Source of the DNA: a bacterium
GTDB lineage: Bacteria > Patescibacteriota > Minisyncoccia > Phycocordibacterales > Phycocordibacteraceae
Length of the DNA stretch: 64,000 nt
NCBI GenBank assembly: GCA_021811365.1
Contig: JAJZPB010000002.1
Span: 8,162 to 72,161, forward strand
Direction of reading: 5' to 3'
The notes under the pieces were generated by a model. It was not told the origin of the DNA. It made no database searches and saw only the letters and a program-made list of their open reading frames with translations. Position 1 is the first letter of the stretch. The number at the start of each line of letters is the position of its first letter. The position numbers and the translations under genes are program-made. Below are positions 30,321 through 40,525 of the stretch, piece after piece.

Positions 30321-31532
30321 ATGGACGATATAAAAATTATAAAAACCAAAGAAGACTACGAACGCGCGCTTCGACTCGTCGAGACGCTTGTCGATCGCGA
30401 CCCGGAATCCGGTTCCGCAGACGCAGATCGACTCACACTTCTCACGGCGCTCGTCAAGGAATACGAATCGAAGAGCTTTCCGGAGCATCTCCCCGACCCG
30501 ATTGAGGCAATCAAGTTCCGCATGGAGCAGGAAGATCTTAAGCCTGTGGATCTTGTGCCATATATCGGCAGTGCGGGAAGAGTCTCTGAAGTACTTTCTG
30601 GGAAACGTCAGCTCACGCTTGACATGGTGAGGGCGCTTTCTGCCGGTCTTGGCATTCCAGCGAAAGTTCTCATACAAAAACCGTCAAGAGATTTCGAATC
30701 ACAGAATTGGGATACTGCGCTCGTTAAGACGATGGAGCGGCGCGGCTACTTCGGCAAGAAGACAATGAAAGATCACACCAAATCCGAACTGATAAGCGGA
30801 TTCTTCGCAGCATTCGGTCACATGCAACCAGCCGTTTTATATCGGAAGACAAGCTTTCGGTCCGCGCCACGTACCGACAATAATGCCCTGCTCGCTTGGG
30901 GGAAGCGTGTGTTGCAGAAATCAGAGAAAATAAAAGTGCCAGCGAAATTCAAAGACGGCACGGTAACGCTCTCATTTATGTGCGCGGTACTGAATCTGAG
31001 TACCAGAGATAAAGGACCTGTGCTTGCACGAGATTACCTTAAAAAACACGGCATTAAATTAGTCATTGAGCCGCATCTCCCAAAAACACACCTCGATGGT
31101 GCCACGTTCTTCGCATTCAAGGCGAATCCCGTTATAGGACTCACTATCCGTCACGACCGACCTGATAACTTTTGGTTCACATTGATGCACGAGCTTGCAC
31201 ATGTTGCCCTCCATTACAACAACGGTGTTGAATCCTTCTATGACGAAAAATTGCAGGATAAGGACGGTATAGACATTGATCCCAAAGAGCAGGAGGCAGA
31301 CAAACTTGCAGAGGAATCTATTCTTCCGGAAAGCAAATGGGAGACGAGCGCGGCGAAGTCAACGCCGAACCAGTTCTCTACCGAAGACTTAGCTAACGAG
31401 CTCGGCGTACAGACCGCAGTCATAGCGGGAATGATTCGGTTCAAGCATCAGAACTTCTTCTACCTGAATAAAATCGTGAACGACGAGACTCTATCCGTTA
31501 AGAAGTATTTTGCCGAGGAATTTACCGACTAA
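30321..31532 (+). CDS. HigA-type HTH antitoxin fused to an ImmA/IrrE (M78) metallopeptidase
   Basis: IKTKEDYERAL, PDPIEAIKFRMEQ, SEVLSGKRQLT; C-terminal DNFWFTLMHELAH and E.EAD. Confidence 0.9.
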   Translation: MDDIKIIKTKEDYERALRLVETLVDRDPESGSADADRLTLLTALVKEYESKSFPEHLPDPIEAIKFRMEQEDLKPVDLVPYIGSAGRVSEVLSGKRQLTLDMVRALSAGLGIPAKVLIQKPSRDFESQNWDTALVKTMERRGYFGKKTMKDHTKSELISGFFAAFGHMQPAVLYRKTSFRSAPRTDNNALLAWGKRVLQKSEKIKVPAKFKDGTVTLSFMCAVLNLSTRDKGPVLARDYLKKHGIKLVIEPHLPKTHLDGATFFAFKANPVIGLTIRHDRPDNFWFTLMHELAHVALHYNNGVESFYDEKLQDKDGIDIDPKEQEADKLAEESILPESKWETSAAKSTPNQFSTEDLANELGVQTAVIAGMIRFKHQNFFYLNKIVNDETLSVKKYFAEEFTD

Positions 31533-31535
31533 ACT

Positions 31536-32660
31536 ATGGCTACCATTAAACCCTACATCCCAATATTGCGATGGCGACCAGCTGAAATAAAGGCGCTGGA
31601 GAAGCTTTTCCCGCAAGACCGAGGGAATATCACGCCGTTAATAGAATTTGTGATGCCCGCTCCGTCAATCACTCGTAAAGGCGACAAAATCATCATTACA
31701 AAGACGCGTAAGGAGAAATTCTTGGAAGAGCTCCCGGATGTTGCCAAGAATTTGTTGAAGTCATGCGGTCAGATGCACATGCTTATCGACGTCCAGCAGC
31801 TCGACGCAGACATCAGGGCATCTTCGCTTGAGCAAATTCTCGCATCGTCGAAGGATTTGGATCTGTTTTCAATTCCTGTAACGTACATTATTCCTATGAT
31901 GGGCACGAGCGCCGATGCGGCTACCCGTGCTGCTGCCGTAAAATACGCCAAATCGAGCGGACATGGACTCTGCATACGTATCGATAAGTCACATCTCAAA
32001 GAGCCCAACCTGTCGTCTCAAATCGCTACCTTCGTCAAGGAGAACCAGCTCGATATAGGGAAAATAGATCTACTCATCGACCTGCGCGTCATTGATCAGG
32101 ATACGGCCGTCGCTGATGTTGTGAAGAAACTGAAGATCCTCCCGGACTTGCAAAAGTGGCGTTCATTCATCGTATCGGGAGGTGTGTTTCCTAAAGATTT
32201 GTCCGACTTTCTCCCGGGCGATGTACACCAGCTAGAGCGGTTTGATTGGAAACTGTGGAATAAGCTTCAAAAGACAGACTTACTTCGTAAGCCGTTGTTC
32301 TCCGACTACACCATTCAACATCCGTTCTATGAGTATGTAGCTGCCATTGGCAGTGCGAGCGTGCGATACACGGATGATGGTGAATGGTGGATTTTCCGGG
32401 GGACGAAGCCGGGTCATATCAACAGCAAGACTGGTAAAAAAGGGCCCGGGCGAGAGCAATACATCGGCCATGCACGCACGCTCATCAATCGAGTTTTCTA
32501 CAAAAAGTCTGGTTTTAGTTTTGGTGATGCAGAAATCACTCGAATTGCAGCAGCTGAAAATCAAAAGCCGGGGAGCCCGGCGACCTGGCTTACCATTGGT
32601 ATCAACCACCACATCACGCTAGCTGCACGTCAGACCGCCAGTCTTGCCGGGAAGATTTAA
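31536..32660 (+). CDS. Beta-protein family protein (P4 beta-like)
   Basis: YIPILRWRPAEIKAL, PLIE, FSDYTIQHP, SVRYT, W..IGINHHI. Confidence 0.75.
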   Translation: MATIKPYIPILRWRPAEIKALEKLFPQDRGNITPLIEFVMPAPSITRKGDKIIITKTRKEKFLEELPDVAKNLLKSCGQMHMLIDVQQLDADIRASSLEQILASSKDLDLFSIPVTYIIPMMGTSADAATRAAAVKYAKSSGHGLCIRIDKSHLKEPNLSSQIATFVKENQLDIGKIDLLIDLRVIDQDTAVADVVKKLKILPDLQKWRSFIVSGGVFPKDLSDFLPGDVHQLERFDWKLWNKLQKTDLLRKPLFSDYTIQHPFYEYVAAIGSASVRYTDDGEWWIFRGTKPGHINSKTGKKGPGREQYIGHARTLINRVFYKKSGFSFGDAEITRIAAAENQKPGSPATWLTIGINHHITLAARQTASLAGKI

Positions 32661-33198
32661 GAACATCCCACACGTACTCTTTAAGAGAGTCGATCTTCTG
32701 CGATTCAGCGAGCCGTTGATACACAGCCTCTCGTGGTTTTGTTCGAACACCATCGGCTTTGCCCAAATCCTCAAGCCTCTCGAGAGCCTCGTGCCTCCAT
32801 AGCAGTCGTGCAATCGAAATACTATCCTGCTCAAGATTATTTTGTGGACTCCTGATGTGGTTAAAAAAGACCGTACCATTCTCGTCCACGCGGGCCGTCT
32901 CGATACCCCACCAATCGGGCACCATTCTAAACGCATCCACGAAATGTTTGCTGCCCACTACAAGGGTTACCTGGTCGAATATGCTGTTGTAGGCATGCAT
33001 TTGCTCTGGCAAGCGGGTAAGCGTATCGCGATCACTCTTGATCTCGAAACCCCGCAGAGAACCGTTCACGACGGCGACGTCGATCCTAGCAGCTCCATGC
33101 CAGACTCCTAACTCAGGTATGACGCGGTAATTCGGATAGTCAACGACGAGCCGATTGACCAACGCTTCCCGAATGATTGTGTCGTTTGTTTGATTCAT
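32614..33198 (-). CDS. sce7726 family PD-(D/E)XK-like protein
   Basis: D..IREAL, ELG, RIDVAVVNG, GFEIKSDRDTLTRL..Q..Y..FD, PDWWG, LLWRHEA. Confidence 0.8.
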   Translation of the reverse strand: MNQTNDTIIREALVNRLVVDYPNYRVIPELGVWHGAARIDVAVVNGSLRGFEIKSDRDTLTRLPEQMHAYNSIFDQVTLVVGSKHFVDAFRMVPDWWGIETARVDENGTVFFNHIRSPQNNLEQDSISIARLLWRHEALERLEDLGKADGVRTKPREAVYQRLAESQKIDSLKEYVWDVLKSSRQDWRSDVQLA

Positions 33199-33291
33199 TT
33201 CTTGAAGATCAATACGACACGGGTCCATGGATATATTTTACACGTAACATGCGCTGGCCGGATAGTCGCTCGCTGTGGATGCGACGCGCAT

Positions 33292-35772
33292 TCACATCTC
33301 CACGACTTTCATCGCTTCGTCGCCGTAGTGGTTGATGACCTTTACGGCGATCTTGCCTGTCTTAGGCTTCGGGAACGAACGTGATGTAGTCGAATGGAGT
33401 TCATCCCACACATCCTCCGGAATGTCCGCCTTCAGGGCCTTTTTGAGCTTCTCATACGGGTTGTCTGCCCCTAGGAAATACGCGTGAGTGACGAAAAATG
33501 CTTCGTCACTGTAGTTCGTGTCGATGAACCACGCGGCAATATCGTGCTCGAGCTCACCATCACCGGATGAGCGGATTTCGCTTTTCACGGGGTCATATAC
33601 GTCCATACCGACGATTTCGACGGTGACACCATCTTTCGATTCCTTCACATTTACCTGCGGCTCGCCAAAGGCAATGAATAGGTTGCCGGAGCCGGTCTTC
33701 TTGAGGAGATCGCCCATCGAGAGATCTGGGTTGATTTTCACCTTCATAAGGCGCAATCCCTCCTGTTGTTCGGATTCGGTAAACGCTGAGGCGTCAAAAG
33801 AAGTTGCTGCGACCACGAGCAAATCGGCAAAGTTCTTCGCTACGCGGATAGCGTCGCGGACGAAGTCATCGTCAACGCTACCGAATTCAGGACCGATGGC
33901 GACCGCGACCTTTTTAAGGCCCTCGACAGTCTTGTATTCGCCAACCGCTTGCACTTCGGGTCCACTCGGCAGGATCTCAAGATTCTCGAATTCGACACGG
34001 GCGCCTTTCTCACCGGTCTGCACCCCCGCAGACCTTAGGTTCTCAACAACTGTTTCGACGAATCGCTCCGACGCGATCATTTCCTGTGCATCGGATACAC
34101 GATGTGGCGCTAGCGACTCGACCGTAAAAGGACCGGAGACGCGTACGACATCCTTATTTTCTAGGGGCTGGTCATAAAGCACTTCCTCTTCGGGCTGCTC
34201 ATCATTCGCAAGCGACCTGAGTGTCACGTGCGGGACGGTCTTGTAGATGAATCCATCTGCCACGTTTGCTCTCTCGTCGCTCCCGTTTTCTTTGAGCTTA
34301 AAGTATGGGTATTGAGCTGTCATGAGCCGCGTGCGAGCAAGTGCGAGCGCAACGCGTGACGTGTCAGTTGTGATCCAGCGTCGGCCCCATTGCTCGGCAA
34401 CATATGCAGTCGTCCCTGACCCACATGTTGGGTCTAGGACGATATCTCCCGGATCGGTTGTCATTAAAATACATCGCCGAATAACCTCTGTGTTTGTTTG
34501 AACAACGTATTTTTTGTTGTCAGCACCAACGGTATCTCCCCAGGAGGCCAATAATTTGCTTACGGGGTAGTCTTCCTCGAAGTACCGGTAGGTTAGTCTG
34601 TTTCCTTCAACTTGAACCCTACCCTTCATTACAAGCCTCTCAAGGCCTTCTCTGGTGGTTCCGTAACCCGGCGGTCCCGGCGAATATTTCTTTCCTTCGA
34701 ATTCAAAATCGAATTGGCCGCTTGGGTTCGTGCCAGATGCGATGAGAGATTTCAGTAAATAAACCTGAGCGCCTTTTGGTAGCAGCTTGTGGTTATTTAG
34801 TTGCTCACGTGTCATTTGATGATGAGAACCATCTGGCATGCGATACCACTTGTAATGGAAATCACCCTCAGTGATTGTCTCAACAAAAAGACCACGGTAT
34901 TTAAGCGAGTCCTTGTCTTTCGCGTACCAAATTATGAAATCGTTCATTTGTTCCAAGAATTTTGCGCCGAGGGGCATTGTCTTTTTCCTGAATGGGATAA
35001 GCGCAATGAAATTCCCGCTTCCGAAGACCTCGTCCATGAGTACTCTAACCAGATGAACATTGGCATCATCAATCTGCACAAAGCACGAGCCGCTTTCTGT
35101 CAGAAGATCACGGGTGACAAGGAAGCGATCGCGCAAATACGAAAGGTAAGAATGGGTACCGAGCTCCCAAGTGTCGCGGAATGCCTTGATCTGTTCCGGC
35201 TGGCGGATCATGTCGTCGAGCTTGTTATCCTTCACGTCACGCTTGCGCGTTGAGACCTGCCAATTGCTACCGAATTTGATGCCGTATGGCGGATCGATGT
35301 AGACGGTTTGTACTTTCCCGCGCATACCCTCCTTCTCGAGAAGCGAATTCATGACGACGAGCGAGTCGCCCAGGATCATGCGGTTCTTCCAGTTATCTTC
35401 GTGCTTATAGAAATCGACCGCCTGATGCGCCTGGTCGGCCGCGAAGTCGCCAAAGAGCGAGATCATCGGCAATTCTTCATTAGCCCGCATCTTGAGCCGC
35501 GCGATGATGCCTTCCGGAGCGATATTTTCCTGTACGTAAATCGGTACAGTTGAGACGCTCATCTCAGCGCCCTCTTCCTCCTTACCAGCCCAGACGAGCT
35601 GCGGATCGAGCGACGGATCGTATGCGTATTTTTTCTTCACTTGCTGCTTTTCGCGCGGAGAAAGATCCCGCGATTCCTCCTGCGTCGGGATGCGTGTACG
35701 CGTCGTCTTGTGTTTGTAGCTTTTTACAGCTGCCGCCGTTGATAGTTCTGGTGTTTTCTTTCGTGATGCCAT
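33292..35772 (-). CDS. type III restriction-modification methyltransferase (Mod)
   Basis: NRMILGDSL, YIDPPYGIKF, DPTCGSGTTA, KIAVKVINHYGDE. Confidence 0.92.
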   Translation of the reverse strand: MASRKKTPELSTAAAVKSYKHKTTRTRIPTQEESRDLSPREKQQVKKKYAYDPSLDPQLVWAGKEEEGAEMSVSTVPIYVQENIAPEGIIARLKMRANEELPMISLFGDFAADQAHQAVDFYKHEDNWKNRMILGDSLVVMNSLLEKEGMRGKVQTVYIDPPYGIKFGSNWQVSTRKRDVKDNKLDDMIRQPEQIKAFRDTWELGTHSYLSYLRDRFLVTRDLLTESGSCFVQIDDANVHLVRVLMDEVFGSGNFIALIPFRKKTMPLGAKFLEQMNDFIIWYAKDKDSLKYRGLFVETITEGDFHYKWYRMPDGSHHQMTREQLNNHKLLPKGAQVYLLKSLIASGTNPSGQFDFEFEGKKYSPGPPGYGTTREGLERLVMKGRVQVEGNRLTYRYFEEDYPVSKLLASWGDTVGADNKKYVVQTNTEVIRRCILMTTDPGDIVLDPTCGSGTTAYVAEQWGRRWITTDTSRVALALARTRLMTAQYPYFKLKENGSDERANVADGFIYKTVPHVTLRSLANDEQPEEEVLYDQPLENKDVVRVSGPFTVESLAPHRVSDAQEMIASERFVETVVENLRSAGVQTGEKGARVEFENLEILPSGPEVQAVGEYKTVEGLKKVAVAIGPEFGSVDDDFVRDAIRVAKNFADLLVVAATSFDASAFTESEQQEGLRLMKVKINPDLSMGDLLKKTGSGNLFIAFGEPQVNVKESKDGVTVEIVGMDVYDPVKSEIRSSGDGELEHDIAAWFIDTNYSDEAFFVTHAYFLGADNPYEKLKKALKADIPEDVWDELHSTTSRSFPKPKTGKIAVKVINHYGDEAMKVVEM

Positions 35773-35784
35773 ATGCCTATTGTA

Positions 35785-38712
35785 CTAGCTTTGGTTCGCG
35801 ATGACTTCGCGTATTGTTTTCTGCGTCTCGTGAATGTCGCGGATCTCGACCATCGCCCAACGACCGAAGCCGCCGTGGTTATTGACCGCCGGAATCCAGA
35901 GGTCATTCGTGATCTTCACCTTCGATACTTTTTTCTGATCCTTCTCGCCGGTTACCTCGATAAGTAAATTCAGCACGTCGCCGTTCGGCAAGCGGATCCG
36001 CGCGATGTAATCGGGGTAGTAGAGATGGATCGCGCCGTTGCGCTCGTACGGGATGGTGAAATCGAGCTTGTAGTTCTTCGCATACGAGATGACTTCCTCC
36101 ATGTCTTCGAGTCGCTTCGCGACGCCCTGTTCCCAAACCTCGGTGTCGGCGACGACGTAGTTTAAATGGCTCTTCGTCGTCTCGAAGACCGGCCGTGTCG
36201 TGAGAAAATCGACGCCCGCGGTTGAGCCGCGCGGGTTGCGACTGGAAAGGACGGGGAGGAGTTTGCGCTCGCCCTCCTGATCGTCGAGATTCGCTTTCAC
36301 GATCGCGTGCTGGGTCTTCTCGGATGCGCCATGGAGATATTCGCCAATTGAGAGATAACCGATGAACATGTTGTCCTTAAGGATGACCTGCGTCCGCACG
36401 TACTTCTCGGCAATCTTGCGGAGCTGTGGGTAGAGCCAGTATTTCGATGCCCCGGACGCGTCGCGGTAATACCGCTCAAGGAGTTCCTTCGCCAGCATCT
36501 CGACGACCGTACCTTCCCGTCGTTCGCGGATCTTTTCCATCGTCTCGGTCGTCTCCGCGCCGATGATGCCCTCAAGCACGACCTTCGTCGTCTCGTTTTC
36601 GATGACCGTTTTCGAGTCGTCGGTAAATTTCGCCGCAAGTCTTTTCTCGTCGATTTCATAGTGATAGCCCTCGACGCGCGGGAATTCGATCTGGTATGTA
36701 GCAGCGCGTTCTGGAAGCGTCTTCACGTGATGGTACTCGACTGGCTCCGGAGGCGGCGTCGGCGTACCGCTCGAATCCCAAAGAATGAACGGCACGCCGT
36801 ACACTTCCGCGTACTCGGCGCGGAATAGGCCGTTCTCGTCCGGCGTGTAGTCGACGCGGCGGAGCGCACGCCCGACAACCTGCTCGCAGAGGAGCTGTGT
36901 CGAAAAGGCACGGACGCCGAGAATATGCGTCACCGTGTTCACGTCCCATCCTTCCGTGAGCATGGAGACCGATACGACGCACTTGATGTTTTCGCCAAGG
37001 CGTCCCGGCTTGCCGACCGTATTCATAACCTCTCGGAGGATCTCCTCATCCGTCGGCTCATCGCGGCCTGGGAAGCGGCGCTTGTATTCTTGCTTGAATT
37101 CGTCGATCTCTCGCGCGAATGTTTTCTTGAACTCAGGCGTCACACTCTCGCCACTCTCGAGACTCGCGCTGTCGATAAGGAGGGTGTTGGGCTTTTCGCG
37201 GAGCGCGAAGCCGTCCTCGTTTCGGAATACGTCGAGATGTCCTTTTTCGATTGATACCTGGCCGCTCGCAGTCTGCGATTCGTATCCGGCTATCCAGTCG
37301 TATACAAGCTTCGAAACCGCCATGTTGTTGCAGACAACAATCATCACGGGCGGCATGACGTTATGTCGCTTCTTCTTTTCCTCTTCGTATAGTTTGTAGT
37401 TTTTCTCGTAGCTGCCGTAAAGGGAGAGAAGCGCCGTCTCGAGTTTGCCCGGTAGACGCTCGGCCGGAAGCTCCTCGCGAATGTGTACCCAGAGATTCCG
37501 GAACTCCGGCAACGACTCGCGCCCGATACGATCGTCAGCGCTCGGAAGGCGCGGGATCTTTACGATGCCGCTTTCAAGGGCGTCGAGAAGCGAGAAATCG
37601 TATGTGACCCAGGGGAAAATCGTACCCTCAGGATAGCCGGAGCCCGAGAGGAAATACGGCGTCGCTGAGAGGTCGATGACCGCGTTCACGGTTGAACGCG
37701 ACGCGAGTGTCGTGAGCCCCGCGAGCCAGACTCTCGCGGCCTTGTTGTTTTCAGCCGCCTCGGCGTGCTCATCAGCAGAGAGCTTTTCGTCCGTAGGTTT
37801 CTCCTGGTAGCAGTGATGCGCCTCGTCGTTGATGACAAGAATGCGCGACTTGCCGGCGACCTGCTTGAAGACGCGTCGCGCCATCGCTTCCGGCGTTTCC
37901 TGTACGACATCCTCGTTGATGAGCCCTGCGGCTTTCATGACGCCACCGATCGCAAAGCGAGGATTCTGACGAAGCACCATCTGCTGGTAGTTGACGATAA
38001 GAATGTTCGCGCGATTGAGATCCTCCATGTCGGTAATCGTCACCACTTCGCGCTCGCGGTAATAGTTGTGCGGATTGTTCGGTTGGAGTACGTTCAGACG
38101 ATCGCGAATCGTGATGCCTGGCGCGACGACCACGAACGTATCCGTGAAGCGCGTGTCCTGCGGATATCGAATTTTGTTGAGCGTGTTGTACGCAATGATC
38201 ATCGCCATGACGACGGTCTTGCCGGAGCCGGTCGCGAGCTTAAACGCGAGGCGGTAGAGACCGCCGTTCGCATCGCGATTGACCGTCTTGAGCTCGTTGA
38301 TGATCCAGTGCTCGCCGACTTTCTCCGCGACCTCGTTTATATAAATGAGTGTTTCGAGCGCTTCGATCTGACAAAAGAAAAGGCGGTTCTCGCGCGTGTC
38401 GTCGGTCCAGTACCGGAGGAGGTCTTGGGTTGTCTTGGTCGTGCCGGAATATCCAGCCTTCCGCCATTCGGTCACTTTCACCCGAATCTTGTTGACGAAT
38501 TCGTTTTCCTGAAGGCGCTCGCTGCTCCACGCCTGCGCCGCAGGGTCGTGCCGTGCCTGGGCAACACCACGCCCACGCGGACGGGCTATGGGGATCTGAA
38601 CCGTGCTCGGACGCCGCGACTCGATAACCTCTTCAGTCAGGCCGCGTTCGTCGGATTTAAAATAGCGGCCTGGTTCCGCATAGGGAGAATTGAGAATCGG
38701 CGAGATTTTCAT
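35785..38712 (-). CDS. type III restriction endonuclease (Res; DEAD-like helicase plus nuclease)
   Basis: PILNSPY, KLATGSGKT, INDEAHH, MLTEGWD, EQVVGRALRR, YYPDY...IEVTG; start at MKISP. Confidence 0.92.
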   Translation of the reverse strand: MKISPILNSPYAEPGRYFKSDERGLTEEVIESRRPSTVQIPIARPRGRGVAQARHDPAAQAWSSERLQENEFVNKIRVKVTEWRKAGYSGTTKTTQDLLRYWTDDTRENRLFFCQIEALETLIYINEVAEKVGEHWIINELKTVNRDANGGLYRLAFKLATGSGKTVVMAMIIAYNTLNKIRYPQDTRFTDTFVVVAPGITIRDRLNVLQPNNPHNYYREREVVTITDMEDLNRANILIVNYQQMVLRQNPRFAIGGVMKAAGLINEDVVQETPEAMARRVFKQVAGKSRILVINDEAHHCYQEKPTDEKLSADEHAEAAENNKAARVWLAGLTTLASRSTVNAVIDLSATPYFLSGSGYPEGTIFPWVTYDFSLLDALESGIVKIPRLPSADDRIGRESLPEFRNLWVHIREELPAERLPGKLETALLSLYGSYEKNYKLYEEEKKKRHNVMPPVMIVVCNNMAVSKLVYDWIAGYESQTASGQVSIEKGHLDVFRNEDGFALREKPNTLLIDSASLESGESVTPEFKKTFAREIDEFKQEYKRRFPGRDEPTDEEILREVMNTVGKPGRLGENIKCVVSVSMLTEGWDVNTVTHILGVRAFSTQLLCEQVVGRALRRVDYTPDENGLFRAEYAEVYGVPFILWDSSGTPTPPPEPVEYHHVKTLPERAATYQIEFPRVEGYHYEIDEKRLAAKFTDDSKTVIENETTKVVLEGIIGAETTETMEKIRERREGTVVEMLAKELLERYYRDASGASKYWLYPQLRKIAEKYVRTQVILKDNMFIGYLSIGEYLHGASEKTQHAIVKANLDDQEGERKLLPVLSSRNPRGSTAGVDFLTTRPVFETTKSHLNYVVADTEVWEQGVAKRLEDMEEVISYAKNYKLDFTIPYERNGAIHLYYPDYIARIRLPNGDVLNLLIEVTGEKDQKKVSKVKITNDLWIPAVNNHGGFGRWAMVEIRDIHETQKTIREVIANQS

Positions 38713-38784
38713 GTAGATAAAGGGCCAAGCTAGAAAAGAATACTTAGCGCAGTACTTGCATATTGGACCATTTTTCATAATATT

Positions 38785-40107
38785 TCAATCAGCCGAAATT
38801 GCGCCTCTAGTTACGCGCAGCTTTGTCTTTAGGCAGCCCAGCAGTTCTCGCTTCTCCTCCTTCGAACCGTCGACCAGGATATATTTGGCGTAGGTTGAGA
38901 CATCGATTTCTTGATCGGGACTTGCCGGGTTCGGCAGCCCAAGTACGGTCCGTTGGAAGCGGCCATAACGCCTTAGCTCATCCCGCAACTTCGCTTTTAC
39001 GTCGAGCTCGTTGAAGTCGATCTTGTCGAATATCTTTATAAGCTGCTCGATGAGCTCCTCCTCACGCAGATATTTGTTCCCCTTGCAGTAGTGGTCCTTG
39101 GAGCGGTTGCAGCCGTAGTAGACATAGCGGGCGGTGGTGCCGTTTTTGCGTGGCTTGTATTTCTCCTCCGCGCTTATGCCGGAGCCGCACTGGCCGCAGG
39201 TCATGAGCCGCGTGAAGGCGAACTCCCTGCTCTCGCGCACTACGACCTCTCGGCGCAGCTGCGACTGCACCTGGTCGAAGAGCTCTTTCGTAATCAGGGG
39301 CTCGTGCTTGCCCTGGTACCAATTGCCACTTCCTTTCGGAAACTCGAAGGTGCCGCAGTAGAAGGTATTCTGGAGGGTGCGGAACACATTGCTGAATGCC
39401 AGGTTCTTGTTCCCTTTCGTTTTGAAGTTGAGCTCGAACTTGAGCCAGTGGTGCACTTTCCGGCCCGACCATTTCTCGTATGCCACCTTTTCGAACATCT
39501 TGCGCACAACCGGTCCGCGTTCGGGGTCGATAACCATCTGACAGCGCTTCTCCATATCTTTCTGGGAGCGGTATCCGGTCGGCGGCACGGTTGGCCACAG
39601 TCCCATCTCCACTCTCGCCCTGAGCCCTCGCTTCACGTTTATGCCACGATTATCGTTCTCAAGCTTTGCCTGACCTCCCAAGATCGTGAGGAGGAATTTT
39701 TCATTCGGATTGTTTGAGAACCGTTGCCCGAAGGTGCGTATTTCCTCGAGGTACCCGGCGTCCATAAGGTCTACGACACGGCCGAGGTCGCCAGCGTTCC
39801 TGCTGATGCGGTCCGTTGCCCAGGTAAGGATGCCGTTGTACTTGCCGCTTTTAATTTCTTCCACGATCTCGTTGAAGACCGGCCGCTGGCCGGTATCCTT
39901 AGCCGAATGGCTTTCCCGCTTGAGCGCCACCACCTCAAGGCCGTCGCGCTCCGCGAGCGCAAGCATCTCTTTGATTTGGCTATCTATACTCAGGACCTGC
40001 CGTTCCTCGCTCTCCGTGCTCTTACGAGCATAAAGGCAGAATTTGACCTTAATGGGGGCTTGTATCTGCTTGGCTGGGAATCCTGCTGGTGCTTCTATTG
40101 TGTTCAT
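38785..40107 (-). CDS. large serine recombinase (resolvase, recombinase, zinc ribbon)
   Basis: CLYARKSTE..RQ..SI.SQ, DRISRN, G.HEPLI..ELF..VQ, CGQCG...YYGC. Confidence 0.93.
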   Translation of the reverse strand: MNTIEAPAGFPAKQIQAPIKVKFCLYARKSTESEERQVLSIDSQIKEMLALAERDGLEVVALKRESHSAKDTGQRPVFNEIVEEIKSGKYNGILTWATDRISRNAGDLGRVVDLMDAGYLEEIRTFGQRFSNNPNEKFLLTILGGQAKLENDNRGINVKRGLRARVEMGLWPTVPPTGYRSQKDMEKRCQMVIDPERGPVVRKMFEKVAYEKWSGRKVHHWLKFELNFKTKGNKNLAFSNVFRTLQNTFYCGTFEFPKGSGNWYQGKHEPLITKELFDQVQSQLRREVVVRESREFAFTRLMTCGQCGSGISAEEKYKPRKNGTTARYVYYGCNRSKDHYCKGNKYLREEELIEQLIKIFDKIDFNELDVKAKLRDELRRYGRFQRTVLGLPNPASPDQEIDVSTYAKYILVDGSKEEKRELLGCLKTKLRVTRGAISAD

Positions 40108-40330
40108 ACAACACCATTGATGACGCAGACCCCCTAATGAGTCTAGGGCGTCCTGAGAGCCCGAGAAGTTGGTAACCCCTTCGAGCTAGACAAAGACAGC
40201 GGCCTCACACTTGGCGAAGCGCAGAAGGTTCAGAATGTCGCCGACGAACTCGGCCTCGATCTCGACGATGCGTTTGAGATCTCAGAGGCGCCGTAGCGCC
40301 ACGACCTAGGACCTTGCTAAAATAGCAGCT

Positions 40331-40465
40331 ATGGAAAAGATCGGCGACGAATGGCAAGTATGTAGCAAAGGACACCAGTATCGCGGTAGCGGTTCATGCC
40401 CCGTCTGTCGACCGAAACGCAAGAAGCGAGACGCGAAGGGTGGGCAAAAGGGTTCTCCTAAGTGA
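40331..40465 (+). CDS. 44-aa basic Cys/His zinc-knuckle-like peptide (below the ORF-track cutoff)
   Basis: MEKIGDEWQVCSKGHQYRGSGSCPVCRPKRKKRDAKGGQKGSPK; preceded by tgctaaaat (extended -10-like). Confidence 0.5.
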   Translation: MEKIGDEWQVCSKGHQYRGSGSCPVCRPKRKKRDAKGGQKGSPK

Positions 40466-40525
40466 GCCTCACTTCTCCAGCTTCACGAACGACACTTCGA
40501 TACTGGCTTTCTTGAGGGAGGGTAT

